Below are positions 26,629 through 38,381 of a stretch of DNA of 64,000 nucleotides, piece after piece (positions within the stretch are counted from its first letter, which is position 1; the number at the start of each line of letters is the position of its first letter). Both the position numbers and the translations under genes were made by a program. The notes below the pieces were generated by a model. The model was given only the letters and a program-made list of their open reading frames with translations. It was not told where the DNA came from and did no database searches. This DNA is from Octopus sinensis (Eukaryota), in contig NC_042998.1 in the NCBI RefSeq assembly GCF_006345805.1, positions 83,204,001 through 83,268,000 on the forward strand. The letters run 5' to 3'.

Positions 26629-29600
26629 TCATCATCATCATCATCATCATTTAGCGTCCGCTTTCTATGCTGGCATGGGTTGGACGGTGCAACTGGGGTC
26701 TGGGAAGCCAGAAGGCTGCACCAGGCCCAGTCTGATCTGGCAATGTTTCTACGGCTGGATGCCCTTCCTAACGCCAACCACTCCATGAGTGTAGTGGGTG
26801 CTTTTTACGTGCCACCGGCACAGGTGCCAGGCGAGGCTGGTAAACGACCGCGGTCGGATGGTGCTTTTTATGTGCCACCGGCACGGAGGCTAGGCGAGGC
26901 TGGCAACGGCCACGATCGGATGGTGCTTTTTACATGCCACCGGCACGGAAGCCAGTCAGGGTGGCACTGGCAACGGCCACATTCGGATGGTTCTCTTATG
27001 TGCCACCAGCACTGGTATCACAGCTACAATTTCCATTCCTGTTGATCGATTTTGATTTTTGATTTTTTGATTTTCACTTGCCTCAACAGGTCTTCACAAG
27101 TAGGGTTTTGTGTCCCAAGAAGGAAAGGTATGCATAAGTGCACTGAGGCCATGGGTGAATGGTCTCACTTGTCCTGCCGGGTCTTCTCATGCACAGCATA
27201 CTTCCAAAGGTCTTGGTCTCTAGTCATTTCCTCGGTGAGACCTAAAGTTCAAAGGTCGTGCTTCACCACCTCGTCCCAGGTTTTCCTGGGTCTGCCTCTT
27301 CCACAGGTTCCCTCAACAGCTAGGGTGTGGCACTTTTTCACACAACTATCTTCATCCATTCTCGCCACATGGCCATACCAGCGCAAACGTCTCTCTTGCA
27401 CACCGCAACTGATGCTTCTTAGGTCCAACTTCTCTCTCAAGGTACTTACACTCTGTCGAGTATGAACACTGACATTACACATCCATCGGAGCATACTGGC
27501 TTCATTTCTTGCGAGCTGAAGCATATCCTCAGCAGTCACGGCACATGTTTCACTGCCATGTAGCATGGCTGTTCGTACACAAGCATCATACAGTCTACCT
27601 TTTACTCTGAGCGAGAGGCCTTTTGTCCCTAGCAGAGGTAAGAGCTCTCTGAACTTTGCCCAAGCTATTCTTACTTTAGCAGTTACACTTTCAACACACC
27701 TGCCCCCGCTACTGACTTGGTCACCTAGGTAACGGAAGCTATCAACTATTTCTAGTTTTTCTCCCTGGAATGTGGCAGAAGTTGCTCTCTGCGCATTTTC
27801 AGTGTTTATTGCTCCTGAGCATCTGCCACATACAAAAACTATCTTCCTAGTTAGCCTTCCCTTGACGTTGCTGCACCTCTTGTGTGTCCATAGCTTACAC
27901 TTGGTGCATCTTATAGAGTTTCTACCTACACCTTTTCTACAGATCGAGCAAGGCCATCTACCTGAAGGCGTTTGTGACTTGTCTACCTTCTTACTTGTTA
28001 GGACTTTGGTTTTAGCTAGGTTGACTCTAAGGCCCTTCGATTCTAATCCTTGCTTCCACACCTGAAACTTCTCCTCCAGTTCTGATAGTGACTCAGCAAT
28101 TAGAGCAAGGTCATCAGCATAGAGGAGCTCCCAGGGGCATCCTGTCTTGAATTCCTCCGTTATTGCCTGGAGGACTACGATAAATAGGAGGGGGCTGAGG
28201 GCTGAACCGTGGTGGACCCCTACCTCTACCCGGAATTCTTCACTGTACTCGTAGCCAACCCTCACCTTACTAGCAGCGTCCCTGTACATGGCTTGCACAG
28301 CTCTCACTAACCATTCATCTATCCCTAGTTTCTTCATTGACCACTAGATAAGGGATCGGGGGACCCTGTCGAAAGCTTTCTCCATGTCAATGAATGCCAG
28401 GTACAGGGGCTTATCTTTGGCTAGATATTTCTCCTGCAGCTGTCTTACCAGGAATATGGCATCAGTGGTGCTTTTCCCTGGCACGAGTCCAAACTGCATC
28501 TCATCTAAATTAACTCTCTCTCTAATTAGTTGGGCTATGACCCTCTCCGTAACCTTCATTACCTGATCCAACAGCTTGATACCTCTGTAATTATTTGTAT
28601 CTAGGGCGTCACCTTTACCTTTGTAGCAGTTGACTATTATGCTGCTACACCAGTCATTGGATATGACTCCTTCGTGTATTACCTGGTTAACTATACGGGT
28701 GACTAGGCTATAGCCGACACTACCAGATATTTTGAGCATCTTTGCAGTAATACCTGATGGGCCTGGGGCTTTCCCTGTCTTCATGCTTCTAATTGCCTCA
28801 ATTACCAAGGAACTCTCAAATCGGATAGCTGGTCCCTCTGTTGGGGTTGACATTCGGCAAACTCTCTTTATCCCATTCATTTTCTTCATTCAGCAACATT
28901 TCATAGTGGCGTCTCCACACCTCTCTCTTTGCATCCTCATTTAGCGCAAGTGAACCATCATCCATGCAGACACATTTCTCTCCTACCACATCACGATTCT
29001 CTCTTACACACTGTCTTGCAACGCAAAATACCTCAAGTCTTTCGTCCTCACGGCGCAGAACATTGGCAAACTTTTTCTTATCTGCTTCCCCTCTGGCTAA
29101 ATAAACCTGTCTCCTAGCTTCTCTTTTCGCAGTCTGATACAATTCCCTGCTACCCCCATTTTTCCAGTCCTTCCAAGCCTGTCTCTTTTCTCTAATAGCC
29201 CTGTCTACAACATTGTTCCACCACCACGTTATTCTAGGTTGAGAGGGGACTTTGCACCAGCCACAGATCTGGTCAGTGGCTCTCAGCAGGTTGTCCCTTA
29301 GAAACGTCCAGTTGTCTTCTACCCCCTGTGATGCTCTATCCCCTTCTACTTCGTCAAAGGCTTCAAGTAATATGTCCCTAAATCTCTGTCCATTTGCAGG
29401 ATCTTTAAGCTTCCAGATCCTTCTTCTCCATGTTGGTCGTCTTCTGGTCGTCCTCTTAGTCCTGATCCTAAAGTTACTAACTACCAGTCTATGTTGTGGG
29501 GTACATTCTTTGCCTGGGAAGGTTTTCGCATTTATAAGCAGCCATCTTTCCCTTTTCCTGGCAAGGATGTAGTCAATTTGGCTGGTATGTCGACCCGATC

Positions 29601-30112
29601 GGTAGGTGACTAGGTGGCTGGTAGGTTTCCTGAAGTTAGTGTTGCAAACCATGAGATCATTTGCGTCGAGAACTCCAGGAGCCTGGTTCCCCCCTCGTTG
29701 CGGGAACCATAGCCATAGCCTCCATGTACACCATGGAAGACCCCAGCATGTTTTCCAACATGCCCATTGAAATCACCAGCCACAAAGAGAAGGTCTCTGT
29801 CGTTCGTCAACGAGTTAGTCTGCAGTAAGGCGTCATAGAATTGGTCTTTCTGTCCATCGGGTAGCCCTGGCTGAGGGGCATAGGCCGATATAATGGTTGC
29901 TAATCCATGATGAAGCACTATTCTAATCTTAAGTATTCTGTCACTTACTCTGATTACCTCAAGTATCTTATCTACCCATTTTTCAGCGAGAAGTATACCC
30001 ACGCCTCCAACCCCGTCAGTGTTTCCTGCCCAGAAAATCTTGTATCTGTGTCCTTTGCCTGTGAGGAACCTAGCAGAACCGCCTCTCCACCTTACTTCTT
30101 GGATGCAATATG
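26629..30112 (-). mobile_element. RTE-clade LINE, 5'-truncated inside the APE endonuclease; APE plus RT, 3' UTR with tandem repeats and (TGA)n tail
   Basis: APE motifs IQEVRW, IISAYAPQ, AGDFNGHVG, SQIDYIL. RT motifs DMEKAFDRV, GSALSPLLF, LYADDL. Native stop at 27165-27167. Lesions are frameshifts near 29630 and 28850 and nonsense codons at 28344-28346 (TAG for TGG) and 27249-27251 (TGA, probably from CGA). Possible degenerate TSD cattgttttgaat (26616-26628) / cattattttgtaaat (30113-30127). Confidence 0.95.
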
Positions 30113-30203
30113 CATTATTTTGTAAATGAGATTTTGATGAGCTGACTGCTAATTTTTTAGAATGATATTCTAGGGTTGGTGTGAGATATCAGATCTAGCA
30201 ATT

Positions 30204-30566
30204 CTTTTACTTGTTTCAGTCAGTTGACTGCAGCCATGCTGGAGCACCACCTTTAGTCAAGCAAATTGACCCCGGACTTATTTTTTTGTAAGCCTAGTAC
30301 TTATTCTATCATTCTCTTTTGCCAAACCACTAAGTTACGGGGACATAAACACACCAGCATTGGTCGTCAAGTGATATTCAGGGGCACAAAGACACATACT
30401 CGTGCGCACGTATACACGATGGGCTTCTTTCAATTCCATCTACCAAATCCACTCACAAGGCTTTGGTCAGCCTGAAGCTATAGTAGAAGGTGCCACGCAG
30501 TGGGACTGAACCCGGAACCATGTGGTTCGTAAGCAAGCTACTTACCACACAGCCACTCCTGTGTCT
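30204..30566 (-). mobile_element. SINE family A
   Basis: Full layout. Confidence 0.9.
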
Positions 30567-30744
30567 AATTATGGATTATAAAACAAGTAGAATATTTTAG
30601 CTGGACATGGTTGGTTTAAATTCCAAACGGTCAAAGATGCTTTTACCCAATATATGAAGAATATAGGTCAGCCAGCATTAAATTTCATTAAAATTTTTAT
30701 GAAATTTGAAGTTCGAAATTTCTTTTACCTGATTGTAATCTTTC

Positions 30745-30930
30745 TGAACAAAGGCATAATAATAGCAGAATCATTACTGTACCTGACTTTACATTCTGAG
30801 TTCAGATGCTGCCGGGGTCAACTTTGCCTTTTATTCTTTTGTGTTTGATAAAATAAGTACCAGTTGAGTACTGGGGTCGATGTCATTAACTTAACCCTTC
30901 TATCAAACTTGCTGGACTTGTGCAAAAATT
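30745..30930 (+). mobile_element. SINE family C
   Basis: gtcaactttgcc...gataaaataagtaccagttgagtactggggtcgatg motif. Confidence 0.75.
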
Positions 30931-31671
30931 TGAAATAATAGATACATCAATTTTATAAATTAATCATTTCGCATCAAAACATTGTGTTCAAAACCCATTT
31001 TATTAGCTAATAAATGTTTTTAATAATGACTGATAAGAATTGTGACATGAATTGAGTATTTCTCTGTCATGTTTTGTTATACAGACATAACTGATCAATA
31101 CTTATGGTGTATAATGCTCTTAAGATTAATTTGACAAGTTATTTATTCTATGTCCAGTCTATTTAGACAGTGGCAAGTCTTTATTTTGACTTTTTGTTTT
31201 TGCTTTTAGATGCTGTTATCTGACTTTTTTTTTATCTGTGTGTGAAAATTTTCTAACAATGTAATAATGGACTTTGCTGGGAAGAGGGAATATCTTCATT
31301 TTTGTATTGATTCTTAATGAAAGAGTAAGATGATTCACCAGTATCTTTTCCTTTCAGTTTCTTCTGCCAAGACTAATTTAATTTATAAGCATTGATAACA
31401 GATCTTGCCATTCTATTTTGTTGTAATGTTACATTGATAGAGAAATGAAAAGTGATGTTTAAATGAGACAAAGATAGAAAGCATTAGCTGTTGTTATTAA
31501 AGTTGAGAGGAGGATGCTTGGCTGTATACCAAAGAATAGACATATGTTAGCTATTGTTTTATTTATCCCATGAAATTTGATCTAATATTTCAGTTACTGC
31601 AACACTAAAAATGTAACATCATACTTATATTAAATTGTAGTTATGTAAGATGACATTTGGCAGTTTTCTTT

Positions 31672-32120
31672 TCTTTTACTTGTTTCAGTCATTTGACTGC
31701 GGCAATGCTGGAGCACCACCTTTAGTCAAACAAATCAACCCCAGGACTTATTCTTTGTAAACCTAGTATTATTCTATTGGTCTGTTTTGCTGAACTGTTA
31801 AGTTATGGGGATGTAGACACACCAACATGCCAAACCATTAAGTGACTGGGACATAAACACACCAACATTGGTTGTCAAGCGATAGTGGGGGACAAACAGA
31901 CACAAGTAACAAACATACATATATATATATACATACATACATATATATATATGTATATATATGACAGGCTTCCTTCAGTTTCTGCCTACCAAATCCACTC
32001 ATAAAGCTTTGGTCGGCCCGAGGCTATAGTAGAAGGCACTTGCCCAAGGTGCCACACAGTGGGATTAAACCCGGGACCATGTAGTTGGGAAGAAAGCTAC
32101 TTACCACACAGCCATTCCTG
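31672..32120 (-). mobile_element. SINE family A with a short internal duplication (...acataaacacaccaacat twice)
   Basis: Full layout. The segment at 31800-31870 is duplicated. Confidence 0.9.
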
Positions 32121-33454
32121 AAGCACTGATGCTAGGCTTTCATTGAGTGGGGCTGTACTAAAGAGGCAGCCATCCAAACAGGGTCTTTTCTGACAAGAAC
32201 ATTGTATTTCTTTTGAAGATGGTGGGGAGTTTGTTGAGAAACATTTAGCTGTTGCTGCAAATTGAGCAACTATAGAGGAGCTCCTCTGGCTAAAGATGTA
32301 GGAGTGATACTTTGTTAATATATTGTATCTGGGTTTGCAAAGACACAAGAGTAGCTTGGAGGTATATAACCATTATGGAAACCTTATACTCTTACATTTA
32401 CATGCAAGTGCAGGCATAGCTGCATGGTTTAAGAAGTTCACTTCCCAATCACATGGCTACAGGTTCAGTCCCACTGCAGCACCTGAACAGTGAGAGAGCC
32501 ACAAAATATATTAATTGAAATGCTCAGATGACTTGCTAGGAGTTGATACTTCTGTTACTTAGATGGCTTAAATAGCAGTGGGGTGTAGGCATTCTGGAAA
32601 CATAATAGCCAAAAGAAAAACAGTGTAGGAAAAGTTCAGAGGTTTATTACTTCTACTGGCAATGGAGAGATTCTTTCCCTGAATGAAAATCAGATTGTTT
32701 AACATTTGTGTATGAAGTGTGATATTTCATAGCAGTAGTAAAACGTTGGTCATTGGATGTAGAGGAAGGAATGGTATGTAATGTTAGTGTGTACAAATGA
32801 CAGTGGAAAGTGAGCTGAAAGAAGAACTGGGGAAAAGAGGCATCAAATGTGGTGTGCAAATGAGAAGACTGTGCTGATGTGAACATGTGATACTTGTGGA
32901 GAATGGCATTTAAGTAAAGATTTGCTAACAAACCAAGTGGAATGAACTTGCTGAATAGGAAAACATGAGAAGTAATGAAGGCTGGTTTGAGGAAGCTAAA
33001 CTTCATGATAATGAAATTAGGTTTAGCTGTGTTTATCCAACAGAAATATTTTTATAAACTGTTTCTTTAGGGGCATTAATTGTAGTTAAATTTCTAATAT
33101 TATTTGTAGTTTCAGTTTTGCTGCTAAAAGAGTGCCAAGGGTAGTAGAGTACCATATTGACATTTCTGCTTTTTTGCTTAAAGACCTATGTGTATTGAGT
33201 TTGCTTTCCATATCGACTCAGTAAATTAAGTACCATACACAGACTGAGGTCAGTTCAGTCAACTATGACAGGTCTTCTTTAAATGTATCTTCTCATGTCA
33301 ATGTGATAACTCCTAATATTGCTGCTAAACACTTTATTCACTTTCTAAAACTTTTTTTCTTTTTTTTTTCTTTATCATTACCAGTTTTTTTTTCTCCATT
33401 TCGACAATTTTTTCCTTTCACTAAAAATGCAATTATTTTCAATTTGTCTTGCAG

Positions 33455-33588
33455 GAAATTCATTAATTAAATGTGGCCAAACACATATGCAAATTGGAAA
33501 TGCTGAAAAGGAATTTGTACAAACTGCCTGCAATAATTTTCTTTCTCCATTGAAAAATTTCCTTGAAGGCGACATGAGAACAATTACA
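33455..33588 (+). CDS. SH3GLB1: Endophilin-B coding exon, 134 nt, phase 1 to 0: GNSLIKCGQTHMQIGNAEKEFVQTACNNFLSPLKNFLEGDMRTIT
   Basis: Acceptor ttgtcttgcAG and donor GTAAGT. Matches endophilin-B1 NALIKCGETQ...NFLTPLRNFIEGDYKTI. Confidence 0.97.
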
Positions 33589-34074
33589 GTAAGTTTCCTT
33601 TTAAATTATAAAATGCAACTGCAAAAAAAATCTCAGAAGAGCCAAATAATATTTAATTACCAGCTTTAATGAGTTTTGTTTTTGTCTATGTTTTACTTTT
33701 AGTTAGCTTGTTTAATTTATAATACAAAAAATTTTTGTTTTTTGGTAAACTATGGTATCTTAATGCATTAAATATAAGTTGTATTATATTGCAATAAAAC
33801 TTCTGGATGCCTTTTATTTTGTTTGCTTTCAATTTCTGAATTATATAAGAAATTGTAAGTAATTATCTGGGAACAAGGCATAACATTGAATCCTTATTTT
33901 AATAGACATAATTTGAATCCCTTGTAAACTCAGCCTCCTTACCTGCATAAACATCTTTCTTTTTTGTCATGCTAATAAATTTGCAAGGTCTTATCCTCTT
34001 TCTGATACTTCAGTTTTTGCTAAGTTAACTTTAAGGTTTCTTGATTATAGGGTTTGCTTCTATTTGGTATTATG

Positions 34075-34353
34075 TTGTGCTTGAGAAGAAGACACATCAA
34101 GCCAAGCAAAATTGCAGTCATGGCAGATACTGGTGTCATGCAAATTGGCACCCGTGCCAATGGCACATAGCAGCACCCCGGTTTCATGCAAATGGCACCC
34201 ATGCCGGTGGAATGTAAAAGCACCCATTACGCTCTGAGTGGTTGGCATTAGGAAGGGCATCCAGCCATAGAAAACAACGCCTTCCAGCATGCCAGCCTGG
34301 GCAAACCATCCAACCCGTGCCAGCATGGACAACGGGCGTTAAATGATGATGAT
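34075..34353 (+). mobile_element. RTE 3' fragment including the last ORF codons
   Basis: gtgcttgagaagaagacacatcaagcc...gggcgttaaatgatgatgat. Confidence 0.85.
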
Positions 34354-34559
34354 CTGTAATTTCTCTTCTAAATTTATTTTTGATTCAGCTATATTAATCT
34401 GTTCATCAGCAAATAGGAACTCCCACACATAACCAGTCATAAACTCCTTTATTATAGCTTAGAGGAAGGACTGTAATGAAAAGAAATGAGACAGAGAATG
34501 AACTTTGATAGATGTCTACCTGAACACCATCAATCATTGCTGATTCTCACCTTGCTGAC

Positions 34560-35210
34560 TATTTCAGTACAGGGGTTATAGAGTCTCACAAGCCATTTTC
34601 TTAATCTTAGCTTCCTCAGTGACCACCAGTCATTGAGTATGGAATCATGTCAAAAGCCCTTTCCAGGTTGACAAACACCAGATATAAGGGCTTACTCCAA
34701 GCTCAGTACTTCCTTTGCAGTTATCTCACTATCTCACTAGGAAGACAGCATCAGTACTATTTTTTCCAGGCACAAGGCAACTGCATCTTCTCTAGGTTGA
34801 TTGCCTTCATAATCAATTGAACTCTTTCTGTAACTTTCATAACCTGATCAAAGTTTCCTCTCTCTAATGTATCTCCTTTGCTCTTGTAGCAGCTGACAAT
34901 GATGCTGCTATGCCAATCATTATGTATGACACCTTCCTTCTGCTGAGTTACTATGCTGGTGACTGGCCTGTGCATTATTCCACCAGACATTACAAGCATC
35001 TCCATAATAATTCCTAGTGGACCAGGTAGTTTTCCTGCTTCATATCCTTAACTTCGCCCTTTTAATTTGAATAATTGCTCCCTTTGAAGGTCTACATACA
35101 GCAGGCCTTCTTTTTTCCCATTCAACCACCTCTTGTAATAGCATTTCTCTGCATTTCTCAGCTGTCATTCCAGATACCTTTTTCACTCAGGACATCTCAA
35201 TTTTCTCTAA
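34560..35210 (-). mobile_element. Old degenerate RTE RT-region fragment, same family as the 26.6-30.1 kb LINE
   Basis: Residual reading IHNDWHSSIIVSCYKSKGDTLERGN...DQVMKVTERV parallels the intact copy (ISNDWCSSIIVNCYKGKGDALD...DQVMKVTERV). Confidence 0.8.
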
Positions 35211-35309
35211 CATCCTACCTTGCAATTTAGCAGACATCACGTCTCTGATCTTGTTGCAAAAGCACGGTTTATGCTACCAAATCATATTCACTTTTCAGTG
35301 ATGGGTGTA

Positions 35310-35680
35310 CACAAACACACACACATGCATGCGCACACAAACACACATTCACACACATGTACACATTCACACACATGTACACATTCACACACATGTACAC
35401 ATTCACACACATGTACACATTCACACACATGTACACACAAACACACATTCACACACATGCACACACAAACACACATGCACACACAAACACACATGCACAC
35501 ACACACACACATGCACACACACACACATGCACACACACACACATGCACACACAAACACACATGCACACACACACACATGTGCACTCACACATACATGCAC
35601 ATGTGCACACACAATGTATGCACACTCAATGCGTGCACACTCGCTGCATGCACATGTGATACACACATATACACATATAA
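35310..35680. repeat. Compound CA-rich mini/microsatellite with 18-bp units (ACACATTCACACACATGT, then ACACACAAACACACATGC)
   Basis: Visible periodicity. It explains the HT-rich and CV-rich spurious ORFs. Confidence 0.92.
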
Positions 35681-35856
35681 GTTAGTGTATTATTTAGAAA
35701 AGTTTTCAGTACATGGCTGAAGTTACACGTATTTAACTACAATCTGCAATGGATATGTTCTATGCCCATCAAACTGAATACATTGCTGAGCCAAACTGCA
35801 GTTTTATATCTCTACATATAGCTTGAAGTTCTATGTATGGTTTTTAATTTTTGTAG

Positions 35857-35949
35857 AAAGAAAAGAAAGTTTTGGAAACCAAGCGTTTGGATCTTGATGC
35901 TTGCAAGAGCCGTGTAAGGAAGGCTAAAAGCCAAGCTGGCAGTCAGCAG
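35857..35949 (+). CDS. SH3GLB1: Endophilin-B coding exon, 93 nt, phase 0 to 0: KEKKVLETKRLDLDACKSRVRKAKSQAGSQQ
   Basis: Acceptor tttttaatttttgtAG and donor GTAATA. Contains the KRLDLDA(C/A)K endophilin-B motif. It is too short to appear in the ORF track. Confidence 0.96.
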
Positions 35950-36041
35950 GTAATACTTATGCTACAATTTTCCATTCTCATTTTTTTCTCTCGAATGTTT
36001 TGAAGTGTCATATATATATATATATATATATATATAATGAT

Positions 36042-36545
36042 GATAATAATAATAATAATAATTTCTTAAGTATCAAGAAGATGGATTTGGTATTAATCTT
36101 TATTTTGTTCGACAGTCGTTTCAACCCATCCTGCTACTGTCCCTTATGGGTGGGATGCCTTTCAACATGTATTGCATCAGTTTTATCAGATCCATCTATA
36201 CACAAAGGTTTGTGTCTCACTAAAGATCCTGAGTTTAGGCTGTCATATTGTTATGAGCCCATCTGGTTAGGGAAACATTGCTACAGTTTTAGTGATGCTT
36301 CATTCCCTAACCAGATGGGTATATAACAACATGACAGCCAAAAATCAGGATCTTTAGCAAGACACAAATCTTTATGTATAGATGTACCTGATGAGACCCA
36401 CATTGCAAATTAATGCAGCACAACATGTTGAAAGGAGTCCCACCCATAAGGTACAGTAGCAGGATGGGTCGAAATGCCTGTTGTACAAAATAAAGATTTA
36501 TAACAAATCCATCATTGCTTTGCTTAAGAAATTATTATTATTATC
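36042..36545. mobile_element. About 500-bp fold-back palindrome with outward-facing hammerhead motifs, AATAAA and (ATT)n tails; probably Penelope-like terminus derived
   Basis: Arms 36042 to about 36282 and about 36289 to 36545 are reverse complements (about 80% by eye), including gcccatctggttagggaa / ttccctaaccagatgggt next to the centre. Confidence 0.85.
36383..36487 (+). ncRNA. Type I hammerhead ribozyme motif with long stem II loop
   Basis: Stem I TGTAC (36383-87) / GTACA (36483-87); core CTGATGA (36388-94); stem II GACCCA (36395-400) / TGGGTC (36465-70); GAAA (36471-74); stem III AT/GT with GCCT loop; triplet GTT (36480-82); AATAAA 36489-94. The antisense arm retains GAAAC-GACT-GTC. Confidence 0.8.
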
Positions 36546-37254
36546 TCAACTAACACTGCGGAATTACTGAAGTAGATCCAATGGAAATATACCCCGACTG
36601 CAGATGATACCAGGTAGCCCAAACTGTACCAGTGATCTACTCAACACATCAACACATTAATGGATATATATCCATTAGTCCAAAAATATTAAATATATAT
36701 ATATGTATGTATATGTGCTTTGCAATTGTTGTAGTTACAGATGTATGTTTTCAAAGCTCTCTTTAAATATTTTAAAACTACTGTTTGTCTTAAAAAAATT
36801 TAACTTCTTGCATTTCATTACACTTTTGAAATCAAATGCATTGTTACATTAGAATTCTTTCTGAATTTTTAAACTTTTCAATCTTCAAATATTTAAAAAG
36901 TAAATGCTGCATTTATATATTATGTATTGCTTTTAAATACTAATTCTTCGGAAAGTTTTCTCAGCATGCAATTACATTCTCTTCCTTACATGCGTGTGTG
37001 TGTGTGTGTGTGTGTGTGCCTGTGTCTATGTAACTTCCCTTTCTCTCACGCTTACTCTCTCTCTCTCTCTCTCTCCCATACATTTTTTCCCCATGAGCAT
37101 ACACATTCTTCCACACACACATACACTTTTTCTCTCACATTCTCACTCAGCCATCATTCTTTTTTCTCTCTATTTCACACATTATTATTGGACTCTGTCA
37201 TCTCTTCAATAAATGACTGTTGAGCAGGACATAACCACACAGTGTTCTTACCTT

Positions 37255-37605
37255 TTATCTTTTGCTTCAGTCATTATACTGTGGCCATGCTGGGGCACCA
37301 CCCTGAAGAATTTTTAGTGAAATGAATCAGTCCCAGTACATTTTTTTCTCTAAACCATGTACTTATTCTATTGGCCTCTTTTGCTGAACTGCTAAGGTAT
37401 GGGGAAGGAGACACAATAACATCAGTTATCAAGAAGTGATGGATGATAAACACACACACATACACACATCAGGCTTCTTTCAGTTTCAGTCTGCCAAATC
37501 CACTCATAAGGCTTTGGTCAACCCAAGGTGCCATGCAGTGGGACTGAGCCCAGAACCATGTGGTTGGGAAGCAAACTTCTTACCACACAGCCATGCTTGT
37601 GCCTT
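37255..37605 (-). mobile_element. SINE family A, older
   Basis: Recognisable tail, body and head. Confidence 0.8.
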
Positions 37606-37699
37606 AGTTCACTGTTTTGTCATGTCATCTCATATGTGACTACAGACCTATCTGGGATTTGCAGGTCCAGTTGCAGACATTGCAGCATTGGTCCCTATC

Positions 37700-37975
37700 A
37701 TTTGGGAGTTGATTGAACCCAGCACTGGGCTATTTTCTCCTTCAGGTTGTTGATCCTCGCTGCTTCAAAGTCAGAGATGGCAATGTAGTAAGAGCTTCTC
37801 CACAAGTTCTATTCGGTGCTTTTAATTCCCATATGTTCAGGTTTATCATACATGTTTTCAAACTAATCTTTAGAGTGTTCTTGTTGCAGAGCAGTGGGCA
37901 GCCTTGATGCTTGGCCCCACAGCTAAGCTGAACATATGTAGACAAGTGTGTTCTGTGTACACCACAAGGCCAACT
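37700..37975 (-). mobile_element. C-terminal ORF fragment of a second RTE (RTE-1/BovB-like) LINE family
   Basis: Frameshifted reading YVQLSCGAKHQGCPLLCNKNTLKISLKTC...IWELKAPNR...AISDFEAARINNLKEK resembles the RTE-1/BovB C-terminus (LYGEL..G.R..G.P..RYKDTLK.SLK...WE..A.DR..W). Confidence 0.6.
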
Positions 37976-38042
37976 CACTTCAGTTTCACCTTGATAAGAA
38001 GACTCTATGCCTTCATATATATATGTGTGTGTGTGTGTGTGT

Positions 38043-38362
38043 GAAGGTGCATGACTTAGTGGTTACGGCATTTAGCTCACAATTGTAAGGTCATGAGTTC
38101 AATTCCTGGTGACACGTTGTGTCCTTGAGCAAGACACTATATTTCACGTTGCTCCAGTCCACTCAGCTGGCAAAAATGAGTAGTACCTGTATTTCAAAGG
38201 GCCAGCCTTGTCACAATCTGTGTCATGCTGAATCTCACTCAGAACTACATTAAGGGTGCGCATGTCTGTGAAGTGCTCAGCCACTTGCATGCTAATTTCA
38301 TGAGCAAGCTGTTCTCTTGATCATATCAGCTGGGACCCTCATCGTCGTAATCGATGGAGTGC
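38043..38362 (+). mobile_element. tRNA-derived SINE family D (CORE/V-like: GTGTCCTTGAGCAAGACAC...CTCCAGTCCACTCAGCTG)
   Basis: A box TGACTTAGTGG, B box GAGTTCAATTCC, full body. Confidence 0.88.
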
Positions 38363-38381
38363 TCATATATATATATGCATA

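Noticed and set aside
26623-27465. Plus-strand ORFs of 140 and 137 aa
   Set aside because: Antisense to the RTE 3' UTR and ORF end.
35220-35720. His/Thr-rich and Cys/Val-rich ORFs
   Set aside because: Translations of the CA array.
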